From positions 3,861 through 67,860 of the forward strand of contig CAVBBP010000003.1 of NCBI GenBank assembly GCA_963593685.1: a DNA stretch of 64,000 nucleotides, in the 5' to 3' direction. Made by a program: the position numbers and the translations under genes. Within the stretch, counting starts at the first letter, position 1. Each line of letters starts with the position of its first letter. Origin of the DNA: Segatella copri. Its GTDB lineage: Bacteria > Bacteroidota > Bacteroidia > Bacteroidales > Paludibacteraceae. The notes under the pieces are model-generated. The model did no database searches, had not been told where the DNA came from, and saw only the letters and a list, made by a program, of their open reading frames with translations. Positions 54,388 to 63,568 of the stretch are shown in pieces.

Positions 54388-55536
54388 ATGGAATTTATCT
54401 ACCGAAAATTACAGTCCGTCATTCAAAGCCAACTTTTTCGTGGTAAGGCTATTTTGTTGATTGGAGCGAGGCAAGTGGGTAAATCTACTTTGTTTCGGCA
54501 GGTGCTCGATAGTGCCGATTTGCCGTGCGCAAAGGAGCAGATTCTGATGCTCGATTGCGATGATCCAGAAACACGGTTACTGCTGACCAATCTCAATTTG
54601 GAACAGATTGCGCAGTTGGTTGCCAACAAGCGCATTGTGTTGATAGACGAAGCGCAGCGTGTGTTGGGCATTGGGCTGACACTCAAGATGATAACCGACC
54701 ATTTTCCCGCTGTTCAATTGTTGGTAACTGGTTCTTCGTCCCTGTTTTTGCAAGGGCAACTCAACGAGCCGCTCACGGGGCGCAAGTTCGAGTATCGCCT
54801 CTATCCCATATCGACGCAGGAACTTTATGATGATGGCGGTTTGCTTCGTGTCAATCGTACATTGGAGTCGCGCCTTGTGTTTGGCTCGTATCCCGATGTG
54901 GTGCGCAATGCAGGCAATCAGAAAGAACTTTTGATGAACCTTTCGGGCAGTTATCTGTATCAAGATTTGCTTTCGGTGGAGGGTATTCGCAAACCAGCAC
55001 TGTTAGAAAAACTATTGGTGGCGTTGGCGTTGCAGGTAGGCAGCGAGGTGTCGTACAACGAGTTGGCGCAAACCATTGGCACCGATAGCAAAACCGTGGA
55101 AAAGTACATTGATTTATTGGAAAAGTGCTGCATAGTATTTCGTTTGTTGGCGTTGAGCCGCAATGTTCGCACCGAACTCAAAAAGAGTCGCAAAATCTAT
55201 TTCTACGACAATGGTATTCGTAATGCGCTGATTCACAACTTGAATCCGATGTCGATTCGCCAAGATACAGGTGCGCTGTGGGAGAATTTTTTCGTCAGTG
55301 AGCGTTTGAAATACAATCACTACAATGGGCGTTATGTCAATGCCTATTTTTGGCGCACAACGCAGCAACAAGAGATTGACTATATAGAGGAAGCAGACGG
55401 TGTGATGACGGCTTTCGAGATGAAATGGAATCCAAAGAAGGCAAATGCCGTGATACCAAGCGCATTTTGTAAGGCATATCCCGTCAAAGAGAGTGTGGTA
55501 GTTACGCCCGAAAATTACTTGTCGTATCTGTTATAA
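54388..55536 (+). CDS. AAA-type ATPase with DUF4143-like C-terminal domain (paralogue of 49384)
   Basis: Walker A GARQVGKST, Walker B VLIDEAQ; C-terminal QEIDYIEE...AFEMKW. Confidence 0.75.
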   Translation: MEFIYRKLQSVIQSQLFRGKAILLIGARQVGKSTLFRQVLDSADLPCAKEQILMLDCDDPETRLLLTNLNLEQIAQLVANKRIVLIDEAQRVLGIGLTLKMITDHFPAVQLLVTGSSSLFLQGQLNEPLTGRKFEYRLYPISTQELYDDGGLLRVNRTLESRLVFGSYPDVVRNAGNQKELLMNLSGSYLYQDLLSVEGIRKPALLEKLLVALALQVGSEVSYNELAQTIGTDSKTVEKYIDLLEKCCIVFRLLALSRNVRTELKKSRKIYFYDNGIRNALIHNLNPMSIRQDTGALWENFFVSERLKYNHYNGRYVNAYFWRTTQQQEIDYIEEADGVMTAFEMKWNPKKANAVIPSAFCKAYPVKESVVVTPENYLSYLL

Positions 55537-55551
55537 TTATCGTTTTGTCGT

Positions 55552-56289
55552 ATGATACCGAAAATTATACACTATTGTTGGTTTGGTGGGAAGCCGTTGC
55601 CCGAATTGGCGCAAAAATGCATAGCCAGTTGGCGGATTTATCTGCCCGATTTCGAGTTGCGCTTGTGGAACGAGGAGAATTTCGATGTGAATGCAGTACC
55701 GTATGTGAAAGAGGCTTACGAAAGTAGAAAATATGCGTTTGTAACGGACTATGTGCGTCTTTGGGCACTCGAAAAGTTTGGCGGCGTGTATATGGATACC
55801 GATGTCGAAATGTTGCGGCCGCTGGACGATTTGCTGGCTTTGCCTGCATTTACGGGTTACGAGGCGAGTTCTGCCATGGCGCCCGTTACAGGAATAATGG
55901 CGAGCGAGCCGCACGGTGTTTGGGTGCGCGAGCAGTTGGCCTATTATGCGCCCGACAGGCATTTTTGCTTGCCCAATGGCACATGCGACACCACAACAAA
56001 CACTACCACTATTTCGCGCATTATGCAAGAAAATGGTTTTGTAATTGACGGCAAATATGCTGTTTATAAGAACGATATGCACATTTTCCCAGTCGATTAT
56101 TTTTGCCCATTGACCAGCACGCGTGTGTTGAAACTGACCAAAAACACCTATTGCATTCACCACTTTGCAGGCAGTTGGCAAGAATTGACCGTGGGGCAGC
56201 GGTGCAAATTATTCATTACCAGAAAAATACTTGGTGTGCGGCTCACCGACAGATTGGTGCAACTGAAACGCCGTTTGAAAGGTCGCTAA
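55552..56289 (+). CDS. GT32-like glycosyltransferase (sugar-binding DXD family)
   Basis: IPKIIHYCWFGG, DYVRLWALEKFGGVYMDTDVE. Confidence 0.75.
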   Translation: MIPKIIHYCWFGGKPLPELAQKCIASWRIYLPDFELRLWNEENFDVNAVPYVKEAYESRKYAFVTDYVRLWALEKFGGVYMDTDVEMLRPLDDLLALPAFTGYEASSAMAPVTGIMASEPHGVWVREQLAYYAPDRHFCLPNGTCDTTTNTTTISRIMQENGFVIDGKYAVYKNDMHIFPVDYFCPLTSTRVLKLTKNTYCIHHFAGSWQELTVGQRCKLFITRKILGVRLTDRLVQLKRRLKGR

Positions 56290-56293
56290 AAAG

Positions 56294-57709
56294 ATGTTGA
56301 ACTACTATTTTCCAAAATACATTTCGTCGAGAGCCATCTATTTGTACATTGTTTTGTTGGTGGCTACTCCCATCATTTTTGGATACCCGATGGAGTGGTA
56401 TTTTTGGCTATTCGGACTGGTCGAAGTTGTCGGATTTTTCTATTTTTCGCATCAATTGTCCATTCAGTGGGGAGGCTATTCGTCGAAATTTTTTGCCAAA
56501 AAACTAGTTACTACGGCACTTGTCGTGCGCATCGTTTATGTGCTTTTTAGTTATTTGTTTTTCGAAATAATGACTGGCACGCCATACGAATTCCACGCTG
56601 CCGATGTGGGCTTTTATCACGCCATGGGAAAATATGGCGCATCGCTTATTTGGAATGGTGATTTTAACTTGTTAGCGCATTTCGATGAGGCTGCTCAAAT
56701 TAACATTTCTGATGCTGGCTACCCAATTTATTTGAGCGTTGTGTATGCTCTGACGGGCGATTCGATTTTGATAACCCGTCTGCTGAAAGCCGTTTGGAGT
56801 GCGTGGACGGTACTGCTTGTTTACAAAATTGCTTCGCGCAATTTCGACGAAAGCACGGCGCGTATGGCGGCGATTTTTTGCCTGCTCATGCCCAACCTAA
56901 TTTACTATTGTGGCATGCACTTGAAAGAGACCGAAATGCTCTTTCTCACAGTGCTTTTTATTGAGCAGGCCGACCTGCTTTTACACTCGAAAAAGTTTAT
57001 TCTTGCCCCCACTATTATCATGGTTTTGATGGGGTTGTACGCCTTTATGTTTCGCACAGTATTGGGGGCGGTATTGTTTATTTCGTTCTTCATGGCGCTG
57101 GCTTTTACAAGTACGCATATTGTGAATTGGGGTAAGCGTATCATCGTTGGGTTGTTGACGGTAGCCATCGTTGGTATGGCATTGAGCGACCGTATCGCAA
57201 GCGAATTGGAAGAGGTTTGGGACACCAAAAACACGACTCAAGAATCGAACATGGCTTGGCGTGCCGAGCGCGAAAATGGTAATGTTTTTGCTAAGTATGC
57301 GAGTTCCGCTGTATTTGCTCCTCTGATTTTCACTATTCCATTTCCAACAATGGTCAATACTATAGGGCAGGAGAATCAGCGCATGATTCACGGCGGCAAT
57401 TTTGTAAAAAATGTTACTTCGTTTTTTACCCTTTTGGCACTTATAATGCTCCTATTTTCGGGCGATTGGCGCAAATATGTCTTGCCGCTGTCGTTTTTGT
57501 GCGGCTATTTGGTGGTGCTGGTATTTAGCAATTTTGCGCAATCGGAGCGTTTCCACTTGCCAACAATTCCGTTTGCGTTGATGTTTGCTGCGTATGGCGT
57601 TTCACATTTGTCGAACAAAGGTAAAAAAATCTACAACTACTGGTTGATTATTATATTTGTAGCGAATATCGCTTGGAGTTGGTTCAAACTGAGAGGAAGG
57701 GGAATGTAA
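56294..57709 (+). CDS. polytopic membrane protein, GT-C-like glycosyltransferase or O-antigen polymerase candidate
   Basis: More than 10 hydrophobic segments and the periplasmic-loop-like DAGYPIYLSVVYAL; function is assigned only from topology and locus context. Confidence 0.45.
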   Translation: MLNYYFPKYISSRAIYLYIVLLVATPIIFGYPMEWYFWLFGLVEVVGFFYFSHQLSIQWGGYSSKFFAKKLVTTALVVRIVYVLFSYLFFEIMTGTPYEFHAADVGFYHAMGKYGASLIWNGDFNLLAHFDEAAQINISDAGYPIYLSVVYALTGDSILITRLLKAVWSAWTVLLVYKIASRNFDESTARMAAIFCLLMPNLIYYCGMHLKETEMLFLTVLFIEQADLLLHSKKFILAPTIIMVLMGLYAFMFRTVLGAVLFISFFMALAFTSTHIVNWGKRIIVGLLTVAIVGMALSDRIASELEEVWDTKNTTQESNMAWRAERENGNVFAKYASSAVFAPLIFTIPFPTMVNTIGQENQRMIHGGNFVKNVTSFFTLLALIMLLFSGDWRKYVLPLSFLCGYLVVLVFSNFAQSERFHLPTIPFALMFAAYGVSHLSNKGKKIYNYWLIIIFVANIAWSWFKLRGRGM

Positions 57710-57710
57710 C

Positions 57711-58622
57711 ATGCGCATTTTGTTCGTGGCATCGTATAACAAGGGTCGTTTTGCGCCGTTCGTTACCGAGCAGGCCGAAGCCTTGCGCCGTGCTGGTTGC
57801 GAGGTCGATTGCTTTGGCGTTGTAGGCAAAGGCGCAACGGGTTATCTGAAAGCGTTTGCTGCCTTGCGACGGAAACTGAAAGCCTTCGCACCCGATGTGG
57901 TGCATGCACACTATGGGCTTTGCGGCGTGCTGGCCAACTTGCAGCGGCGAGTACCTGTGGTTACCACTTACCACGGTTCCGACATCAACGAGCCGCGCGT
58001 TTTGCGACTGTCGCGTGTGGCGATGCAATTGTCGGCGTGGAATGTGTTTGTGTCGCCACAGAGCCAAGCCATTGCCAACCTCAAGTGCAACTACAGTTTA
58101 ATACCCTGTGGCGTGGATTTGTACGACAAAAATGATGCCGATGTGGCCGCCGTTCGGGCGAGGGTAGGGTGGAAGGCTGATAAAAAATATGTGGTTTTTG
58201 CTGGCGCTTTCGACAATCGCGTGAAAAATGCGCCTTTGGCACAAGCGGCTGTTGCTTTGCTGAACGATGTTGTTTTGCTCGAACTCAAAGGTTACAGCCG
58301 TGCGCAGGTGGTGGCGTTGCTTTATGCCGCAAATGCACTTCTGATGACCTCATACACAGAGGGTTCGCCACAAATCATAAAAGAAGCCATGGCGTGCGGT
58401 TGCCCCATAGTGAGCGTCGATGTGGGCGATGTGGCGGAACGCATTGCTGGGTTGGACGGCTGCGCGTTGGCGGAACGCACGCCCCAAAGCATCGCCGATA
58501 AACTGGAACAAGTCATCGCCTTCGACCGCCCCACGCAAGGCCGCGAACGGATAATCGCTTCGAATTTGACCAACGATTCAGTCGCTAAACAGTTGATAGA
58601 AATTTACGAAAAGGTGTTATAA
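57711..58622 (+). CDS. GT4 (group 1) glycosyltransferase
   Basis: MRILFVASYNKG, C-terminal EGSPQIIKEAMACGCPIVSVDVGD (EX7E-like). Confidence 0.8.
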   Translation: MRILFVASYNKGRFAPFVTEQAEALRRAGCEVDCFGVVGKGATGYLKAFAALRRKLKAFAPDVVHAHYGLCGVLANLQRRVPVVTTYHGSDINEPRVLRLSRVAMQLSAWNVFVSPQSQAIANLKCNYSLIPCGVDLYDKNDADVAAVRARVGWKADKKYVVFAGAFDNRVKNAPLAQAAVALLNDVVLLELKGYSRAQVVALLYAANALLMTSYTEGSPQIIKEAMACGCPIVSVDVGDVAERIAGLDGCALAERTPQSIADKLEQVIAFDRPTQGRERIIASNLTNDSVAKQLIEIYEKVL

Positions 58623-58672
58623 AAACTCCCTTAAATCGCTGAAAAAGTTGTATATTTGCTTGTTCAATTGAG

Positions 58673-59677
58673 ATGATCGACATCATTTCCGACATAGCGC
58701 ATATCGATGTAGGGCAGTGGCGCACGCTTGTGACCGAATCGCCAACAGCCACTTGGTTTCAGATGCGCGAAGCGTACGATTTTTATGCCTCGCTGTCCAA
58801 CGAAATGAGGGCGTTTGTCTATGCCGTTGCCGAGAATGGAAAACTTATGGGCGTGGTGGTCGGTTACATCACGCACGAACAGAGCAAAGTCAAGCAGTTT
58901 TTTACGCGCCGCGCTATCATCATCGGTGGGGCGATGCTCGACGAAACTATCACAGACGAGGCACTCTCTGCGCTGCTTACTGCTGTACGCCATGGACTGC
59001 AACAGAAGGCAATTTATATCGAATTGCGCAATTTCCACGACTACAGCCGCTGGCGAAGTGTTTTTGAAAAGTGTGGTTTCGCCTATCAGCCTCATTTGAA
59101 TTTCCACATCAATACAAGTTCGCTGGCGGTGGTCGAACAGAATCTTGGCAAGAGCCGCAAGCGCGACATCAAAACCACTATCCGCGATGGGGTAGAGTCC
59201 GTACTAAATCCAACCATAGAGCAAGTGCGGGAGTACTACACGCTGCTCCAAACGCTCTATCGCACCAAAGTGAAAACGCCACTTTTCTCGTGGAATTTTT
59301 TCGCGCAACTCTACAAAACCGATGGCAGGCGGTTCTTGCTCTGCGCCTATAATGGGCGAATTATCGGCGGCACAGTTTGCGTTTGTTTGCCTGCGAAAGG
59401 CGTGTACGAGTGGTTTGTTTGCGGCGAAGACGGCAAGTACAACCATATTTTCCCCTCGTCGTATGCCACCTATCTCGGCATTTGCTACGCAGCCGAGGGC
59501 GACTATCCGCTGTTTGATATGATGGGTGCTGGCAAACCCAACGACGCATACGGCGTGCGTGCTTTCAAAGCACATTTTGGTGGCAAAGAGGTGGAACATG
59601 GACGCTATTTGCACATCTGTCGCCCGATTTTGTATCAAATGGGTAAATTGGGTGTAAAACTACTGAAAAAGAGATAA
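58673..59677 (+). CDS. FemAB/GNAT-fold aminoacyl- or acyl-transferase family protein
   Basis: ~330 aa, two GNAT-like halves, C-terminal GAGKPNDAYGVRAFKAHFGGK resembles the FemX/lipid II glycyltransferase family. Confidence 0.5.
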   Translation: MIDIISDIAHIDVGQWRTLVTESPTATWFQMREAYDFYASLSNEMRAFVYAVAENGKLMGVVVGYITHEQSKVKQFFTRRAIIIGGAMLDETITDEALSALLTAVRHGLQQKAIYIELRNFHDYSRWRSVFEKCGFAYQPHLNFHINTSSLAVVEQNLGKSRKRDIKTTIRDGVESVLNPTIEQVREYYTLLQTLYRTKVKTPLFSWNFFAQLYKTDGRRFLLCAYNGRIIGGTVCVCLPAKGVYEWFVCGEDGKYNHIFPSSYATYLGICYAAEGDYPLFDMMGAGKPNDAYGVRAFKAHFGGKEVEHGRYLHICRPILYQMGKLGVKLLKKR

Positions 59678-59699
59678 CCGCACAATTTCGGGCGATACA

Positions 59700-59781
59700 A
59701 ATCAAGATGCGCGCGCATCCCTACTTTCTACTTTATAAACTTTCAACTTTACGAACTTTTTCCACTTTCAAACTATTTTCG
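59700..59781 (+). repeat. mosaic repeat block (GC palindrome + m)
   Basis: GATGCGCGCGCATC 59706..59719, then CCTACTTTCTACTTTATAAACTTTCAACTTTACGAACTTTTTCCACTTTCAAAC abutting the hisS promoter. Confidence 0.8.
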
Positions 59782-59789
59782 TATCTTTG
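59782..59789 (+). promoter_or_regulatory. -7 box TATCTTTG for hisS
   Basis: CGTATCTTTGCAAG, 65 nt upstream of ATG 59854. Confidence 0.55.
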
Positions 59790-59853
59790 CAAGATGGTGT
59801 GCGCGGGTGCGCTATCGCCGTAAAGTAACGAAAAAACAGAACTTTTCACAAAA

Positions 59854-61227
59854 ATGAACATAGGAATACCCAAGGGAACACGCGATTTTTCGCCTGCCGA
59901 GATGGCAAAACGCAACTACATTTTCGATACGATTCGTGGCGTTTTTGCGCGCTACGGATTTCAGCAAATCGAGACGCCTGCGCTCGAAAACCTATCGACG
60001 CTGATGGGAAAATATGGCGACGAGGGCGACAAATTGCTGTTCAAAGTGCTGAATTCGGGCGATTTTGCCGCCAAACTTACCGACGAGGAACTGCTGGCGC
60101 ACAACAGCCGCCAACTGACCAACCGAATCGCCGAAAAAGGGCTGCGCTACGACCTCACGGTGCCGTTTGCGCGCTATGTGGTGATGCACCGCGACGAGTT
60201 GCAATTCCCTTTCAAACGCTTTCAGATACAGCCCGTTTGGCGCGCCGACCGCCCACAAAAAGGGCGTTATCGTGAGTTCTACCAGTGCGATGCCGATGTG
60301 GTGGGCTGCAATTCGCTGCTCTGCGAAGCCGAACTCATCGAGATGATCGACGAGGCGTTCAAAGCGTTCAAAATTCCTGTGGCAATTAAACTGAATAACC
60401 GCAAAATTTTGGCAGGAATCGCCGAACTTATTGGTGCTGCCGACCAGATAACCGACATCACGGTGGCTATCGACAAGATGGACAAAATCGGACTCGACAA
60501 TGTGAATGCCGAACTGCTTTCCAAAGGAATTTCGGCCGATGCAGTGGCGAAATTGCAGCCGATTTTGTTGCTCGAAGGCGACAACACGGCCAAACTTGCG
60601 CAACTGAAAACGATTTTGGCCGCCTCGGAAGTAGGGCAGAGGGGCATCGCCGAACTGGAAGAGGTGCTGGGCTATGTGCGCGCGGCCGAACTGACCAATC
60701 GCGTGGAACTCGACTTGACGCTGGCGCGTGGTCTGAACTACTACACGGGTGCTATCGTCGAGGTGAAGGCCATTGGCGTGGAGATGGGCAGCATTTCGGG
60801 CGGCGGACGTTACGACAATCTGACGGGCGTTTTTGGCTTGCCGAATGTGTCGGGCGTGGGCTTTTCGTTCGGCGCCGACCGCATCTACGATGTGCTGAAC
60901 CAACTCGACCTGTTCCCAAAAGCGACCGCCAGCGGCGTGCAGTTGCTCTTTGCCGCTTTCGACGACAAAGGGTTGAACTACTGTCTGCCGCTGTTGCGCC
61001 AAGTGCGCCGCGCTGGCATTGCGGCCGAACTCTATCCCGAACCCGCCAAAATGAAAAAGCAGATGGCCTACGCCAACGCCAAACAGATTCCGTTCGTTGC
61101 CATCGTCGGCGACAACGAAATGGCCGCCAACAGCCTGATGCTCAAAGATATGAACACCGGCGAACAACAACTCACAACCATCGAGGAAGCGATTGAAAAA
61201 GTAATTCAAATTGGGTTGATGAGTTGA
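59854..61227 (+). CDS. hisS: histidine-tRNA ligase
   Basis: [34 protein letters not shown]. Confidence 0.95.
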   Translation: MNIGIPKGTRDFSPAEMAKRNYIFDTIRGVFARYGFQQIETPALENLSTLMGKYGDEGDKLLFKVLNSGDFAAKLTDEELLAHNSRQLTNRIAEKGLRYDLTVPFARYVVMHRDELQFPFKRFQIQPVWRADRPQKGRYREFYQCDADVVGCNSLLCEAELIEMIDEAFKAFKIPVAIKLNNRKILAGIAELIGAADQITDITVAIDKMDKIGLDNVNAELLSKGISADAVAKLQPILLLEGDNTAKLAQLKTILAASEVGQRGIAELEEVLGYVRAAELTNRVELDLTLARGLNYYTGAIVEVKAIGVEMGSISGGGRYDNLTGVFGLPNVSGVGFSFGADRIYDVLNQLDLFPKATASGVQLLFAAFDDKGLNYCLPLLRQVRRAGIAAELYPEPAKMKKQMAYANAKQIPFVAIVGDNEMAANSLMLKDMNTGEQQLTTIEEAIEKVIQIGLMS

Positions 61228-61505
61228 TTGGTTGATGAGTTGATAAGTTTAACGCATTAGTGTTGGTCGTAGCCCCCTTTCCCGTTTCCCCCGATAGGGG
61301 GAAAGCCTTTAGTTAATTAAGAATTTAGAATTATGAATCGTTCGCATTCAATAATGCCTTAATCTTCAAATCTTCAAATTTTCAAATCTTCAAATCTTCA
61401 AATAAAAAACTTTACACTTTATAGACTTTATACACTTTCTACTTTACGAACTTTACAAACTTTTTCACTTTCACACTTTCATACTTTCACACTAAATAAA
61501 GAAAT
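61228..61505. repeat. mosaic repeat block (q reversed-p reversed-r-t reversed-m)
   Basis: GTTGATGAGTTGATAAGTTTAACGCATT, reversed p module, AATTAAGAATTTAGAATTATGAAT, CTTCAAATCTTCAAATTTTCAAATCTTCAAATCTTCAAAT, long ACTTT-word array up to ATG 61506. Confidence 0.9.
61269..61307 (-). repeat. p module copy (5C/5G type, inverted)
   Basis: GTAGCCCCCTTTCCCGTTTCCCCCGATAGGGGGAAAGCC. Confidence 0.85.
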
Positions 61506-63485
61506 ATGTATCGCAAACTAACTTCTGACGAGATTGCGCAGTTGCAGGCCAACCGCTGCACTGCCGACGATTGGAACAATATCGAGGTGGCAGAGGGCTT
61601 TTCGCCCGAACATATTGCCGAAATCGAGTTTTCGGGACAAATCCGTTTGGGGCGTTTCGAAAAGACATTTCTACTAGCGGGCGGACTTGCGGCGCACGTG
61701 GGTCTGCGCAAGGCGCGGCTGCACAATGTGATTATCGACAACGATGTGTGCGTGCGCGAAATCCACAACTACATCGCCAACTACCACATCGGCGAAGGCA
61801 CTTACATCGAAAATACCAATGTCATTGTGGTCGATGGCGAAACCTCGTTTGGCAACGGCGTGCGCGTGCCTGTGATGAACGAAGGCGGCGGCCGCGAAAT
61901 ACCGATTTTCGACGGATTGTCGGCACATTTGGCCTACATTCTCACGCTCTATCGCTACAATCACGCCGTGATCGACAATCTGCAAAAACGCATCGATGCT
62001 TATGCCGAAACACAAAAATCGACCATGGGCGAAATCGGTCGCAATGTGCGCATTGTGAATTGCGGAATGCTAAAAAATGTGCGTATCGGCGATTATGCCC
62101 AAATTGGCGGCGCATCGAAACTGAAAAACGGCAGCATCAACAGCAATATCGAAGCCCCTGTGAAAATCGGTTCGAGCGTGAAATGCAAAGATTTTATCAT
62201 CTCGTCGGGCGCGTCGATTATGGATTCTACGCTGGTTTCGCGCTGTTTTGTGGGGCAGGGCTGCATCATGGACAAGCACTATTCGGCGCTCGATTCGCTC
62301 TTTTTTGCGAATTGCCAAGGTATGCACGGCGAGGCGACCGCTATTTTTGCTGGCCCTTACACCGTGTCGCACCACAAATCGAGCCTGCTCATTGCTGGTA
62401 TGTTCTCGTTCCTGAACGCAGGCAGCGGTTCGAACCAGAGCAACCACATGTACAAACTTGGACCCATACATCAAGGCGTGGCCGAGCGCGGCTCCAAAAC
62501 CACCAGCGACTCGTATCTGCTTTGGCCAGCACGCATTGGCGCATTCACGCTGGTGATGGGACGCCACACCAAACACTGCGACACATCAGATTTGCCGTTC
62601 TCGTATCTGATAGAAAATGCCACGGAAAGTTACCTTGTGCCAGCCGTAAATTTGCGCAGTGTCGGCACCGTGCGCGATGCGCAAAAGTGGCCCAAACGCG
62701 ACGAACGCAAGGACAGCCGCAAGATTGACCAAATCAATTTCAACCTGCTGAGCCCCTACACGATACAAAAAATGATAGCGGGCGTAGAGGTGCTCGAGCG
62801 GCTGCAACGCATTTCGGGCGAAAATACCGAAGAATACGCCTATCAGAATTGCAAAATTCGCAATTCATCGCTGCGCAACGGCCTCAAACTCTACAAAATT
62901 GCCATTACCAAATTTTTGGGCAACTCGCTCATCAGCCGTTTGGGCGACACCAACTACCGCACGATGGCGCAAGTACGCGAGCGGTTGCGCCCAACAGCAC
63001 CGTCGGGCTTGTGCGATTGGAGCGACCTGTCGGGATTGATTGTGCCGCACGACGAAGTGGCGCGCCTTTTGGACGATATTGCCGCCGACCGCCTGTCGCT
63101 CGACGACATTCAGCAGCGGTTCGAGCAACTGCACGCCAATTACTACGACTACGAATGGACTTGGGCTTACGACAAACTGCTGAAATACTGGAAAAAACCG
63201 ATAGAAAAAGTTACCGTCGGCGACCTTATTGCGCTAATCGAAGCGTGGAAAGAGGCGGTCGTTTCGCTCGACAAAATGTTGTATAACGATGCCAAAAAAG
63301 AGTTCAACCTCAATGCCAAAACAGGCTTCGGCATCGATGGCGACGAGCAGCAAAAAACTGCCGATTTCGAGTCGGTGCGCGGTCGCTTCGAGAGCAACCC
63401 ATTTGTGTGCGAAGTGCTGAATCACATCGAACGAAAATCGAAATTGGGCGACGAAATGATAAGCCGCCTGCAAAAAATTGCATAA
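61506..63485 (+). CDS. DUF4954-like protein with a left-handed beta-helix (hexapeptide) region
   Basis: 659 aa; hexapeptide-like VRIVNCGMLKNVRIGDYAQIGGASKLKNGSINS; the N-terminus YRKLTSDEIAQLQANRCTADDWNNIEV matches my memory of the Bacteroidota DUF4954 family (not verified). Confidence 0.5.
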   Translation: MYRKLTSDEIAQLQANRCTADDWNNIEVAEGFSPEHIAEIEFSGQIRLGRFEKTFLLAGGLAAHVGLRKARLHNVIIDNDVCVREIHNYIANYHIGEGTYIENTNVIVVDGETSFGNGVRVPVMNEGGGREIPIFDGLSAHLAYILTLYRYNHAVIDNLQKRIDAYAETQKSTMGEIGRNVRIVNCGMLKNVRIGDYAQIGGASKLKNGSINSNIEAPVKIGSSVKCKDFIISSGASIMDSTLVSRCFVGQGCIMDKHYSALDSLFFANCQGMHGEATAIFAGPYTVSHHKSSLLIAGMFSFLNAGSGSNQSNHMYKLGPIHQGVAERGSKTTSDSYLLWPARIGAFTLVMGRHTKHCDTSDLPFSYLIENATESYLVPAVNLRSVGTVRDAQKWPKRDERKDSRKIDQINFNLLSPYTIQKMIAGVEVLERLQRISGENTEEYAYQNCKIRNSSLRNGLKLYKIAITKFLGNSLISRLGDTNYRTMAQVRERLRPTAPSGLCDWSDLSGLIVPHDEVARLLDDIAADRLSLDDIQQRFEQLHANYYDYEWTWAYDKLLKYWKKPIEKVTVGDLIALIEAWKEAVVSLDKMLYNDAKKEFNLNAKTGFGIDGDEQQKTADFESVRGRFESNPFVCEVLNHIERKSKLGDEMISRLQKIA

Positions 63486-63568
63486 TTTTGTAAATTACTG
63501 ATAATCAGTTGCGAATAGATTATATAAAAATGTTTTAATATGCCATTCGCAAAATAAAAACCGACACT

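Noticed and set aside
49384-55536. The two AAA+DUF4143 ATPases as a two-gene defence system
   Set aside because: They are 3.7 kb apart and separated by unrelated glycan genes. Each is monocistronic, and no nuclease or effector partner is adjacent. The family is widespread and uncharacterised, so I report the context only.
869-61505. CRISPR array interpretation of the intergenic repeats
   Set aside because: There is no constant 25-40 nt direct repeat alternating with unique spacers of similar length. The units are 7-9 nt tandem words and dispersed hairpins, and there are no cas genes in the window.
869-61505. Classical MITE or IS interpretation of the blocks
   Set aside because: I could not find terminal inverted repeats bounding a block, target-site duplications or any transposase. 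Block ends coincide with gene starts and stops rather than with defined element termini. Mobility is not excluded, only unsupported.
63495-63552. Palindromes upstream of recF (ACTGAT-A-ATCAGT at 63495..63507; TTGCGAAT...ATTCGCAA at 63509..63552) as operator or terminator
   Set aside because: The arms are short, there is no T-run, and the second pair has a 27-nt AT-rich loop. The evidence is too weak to annotate.
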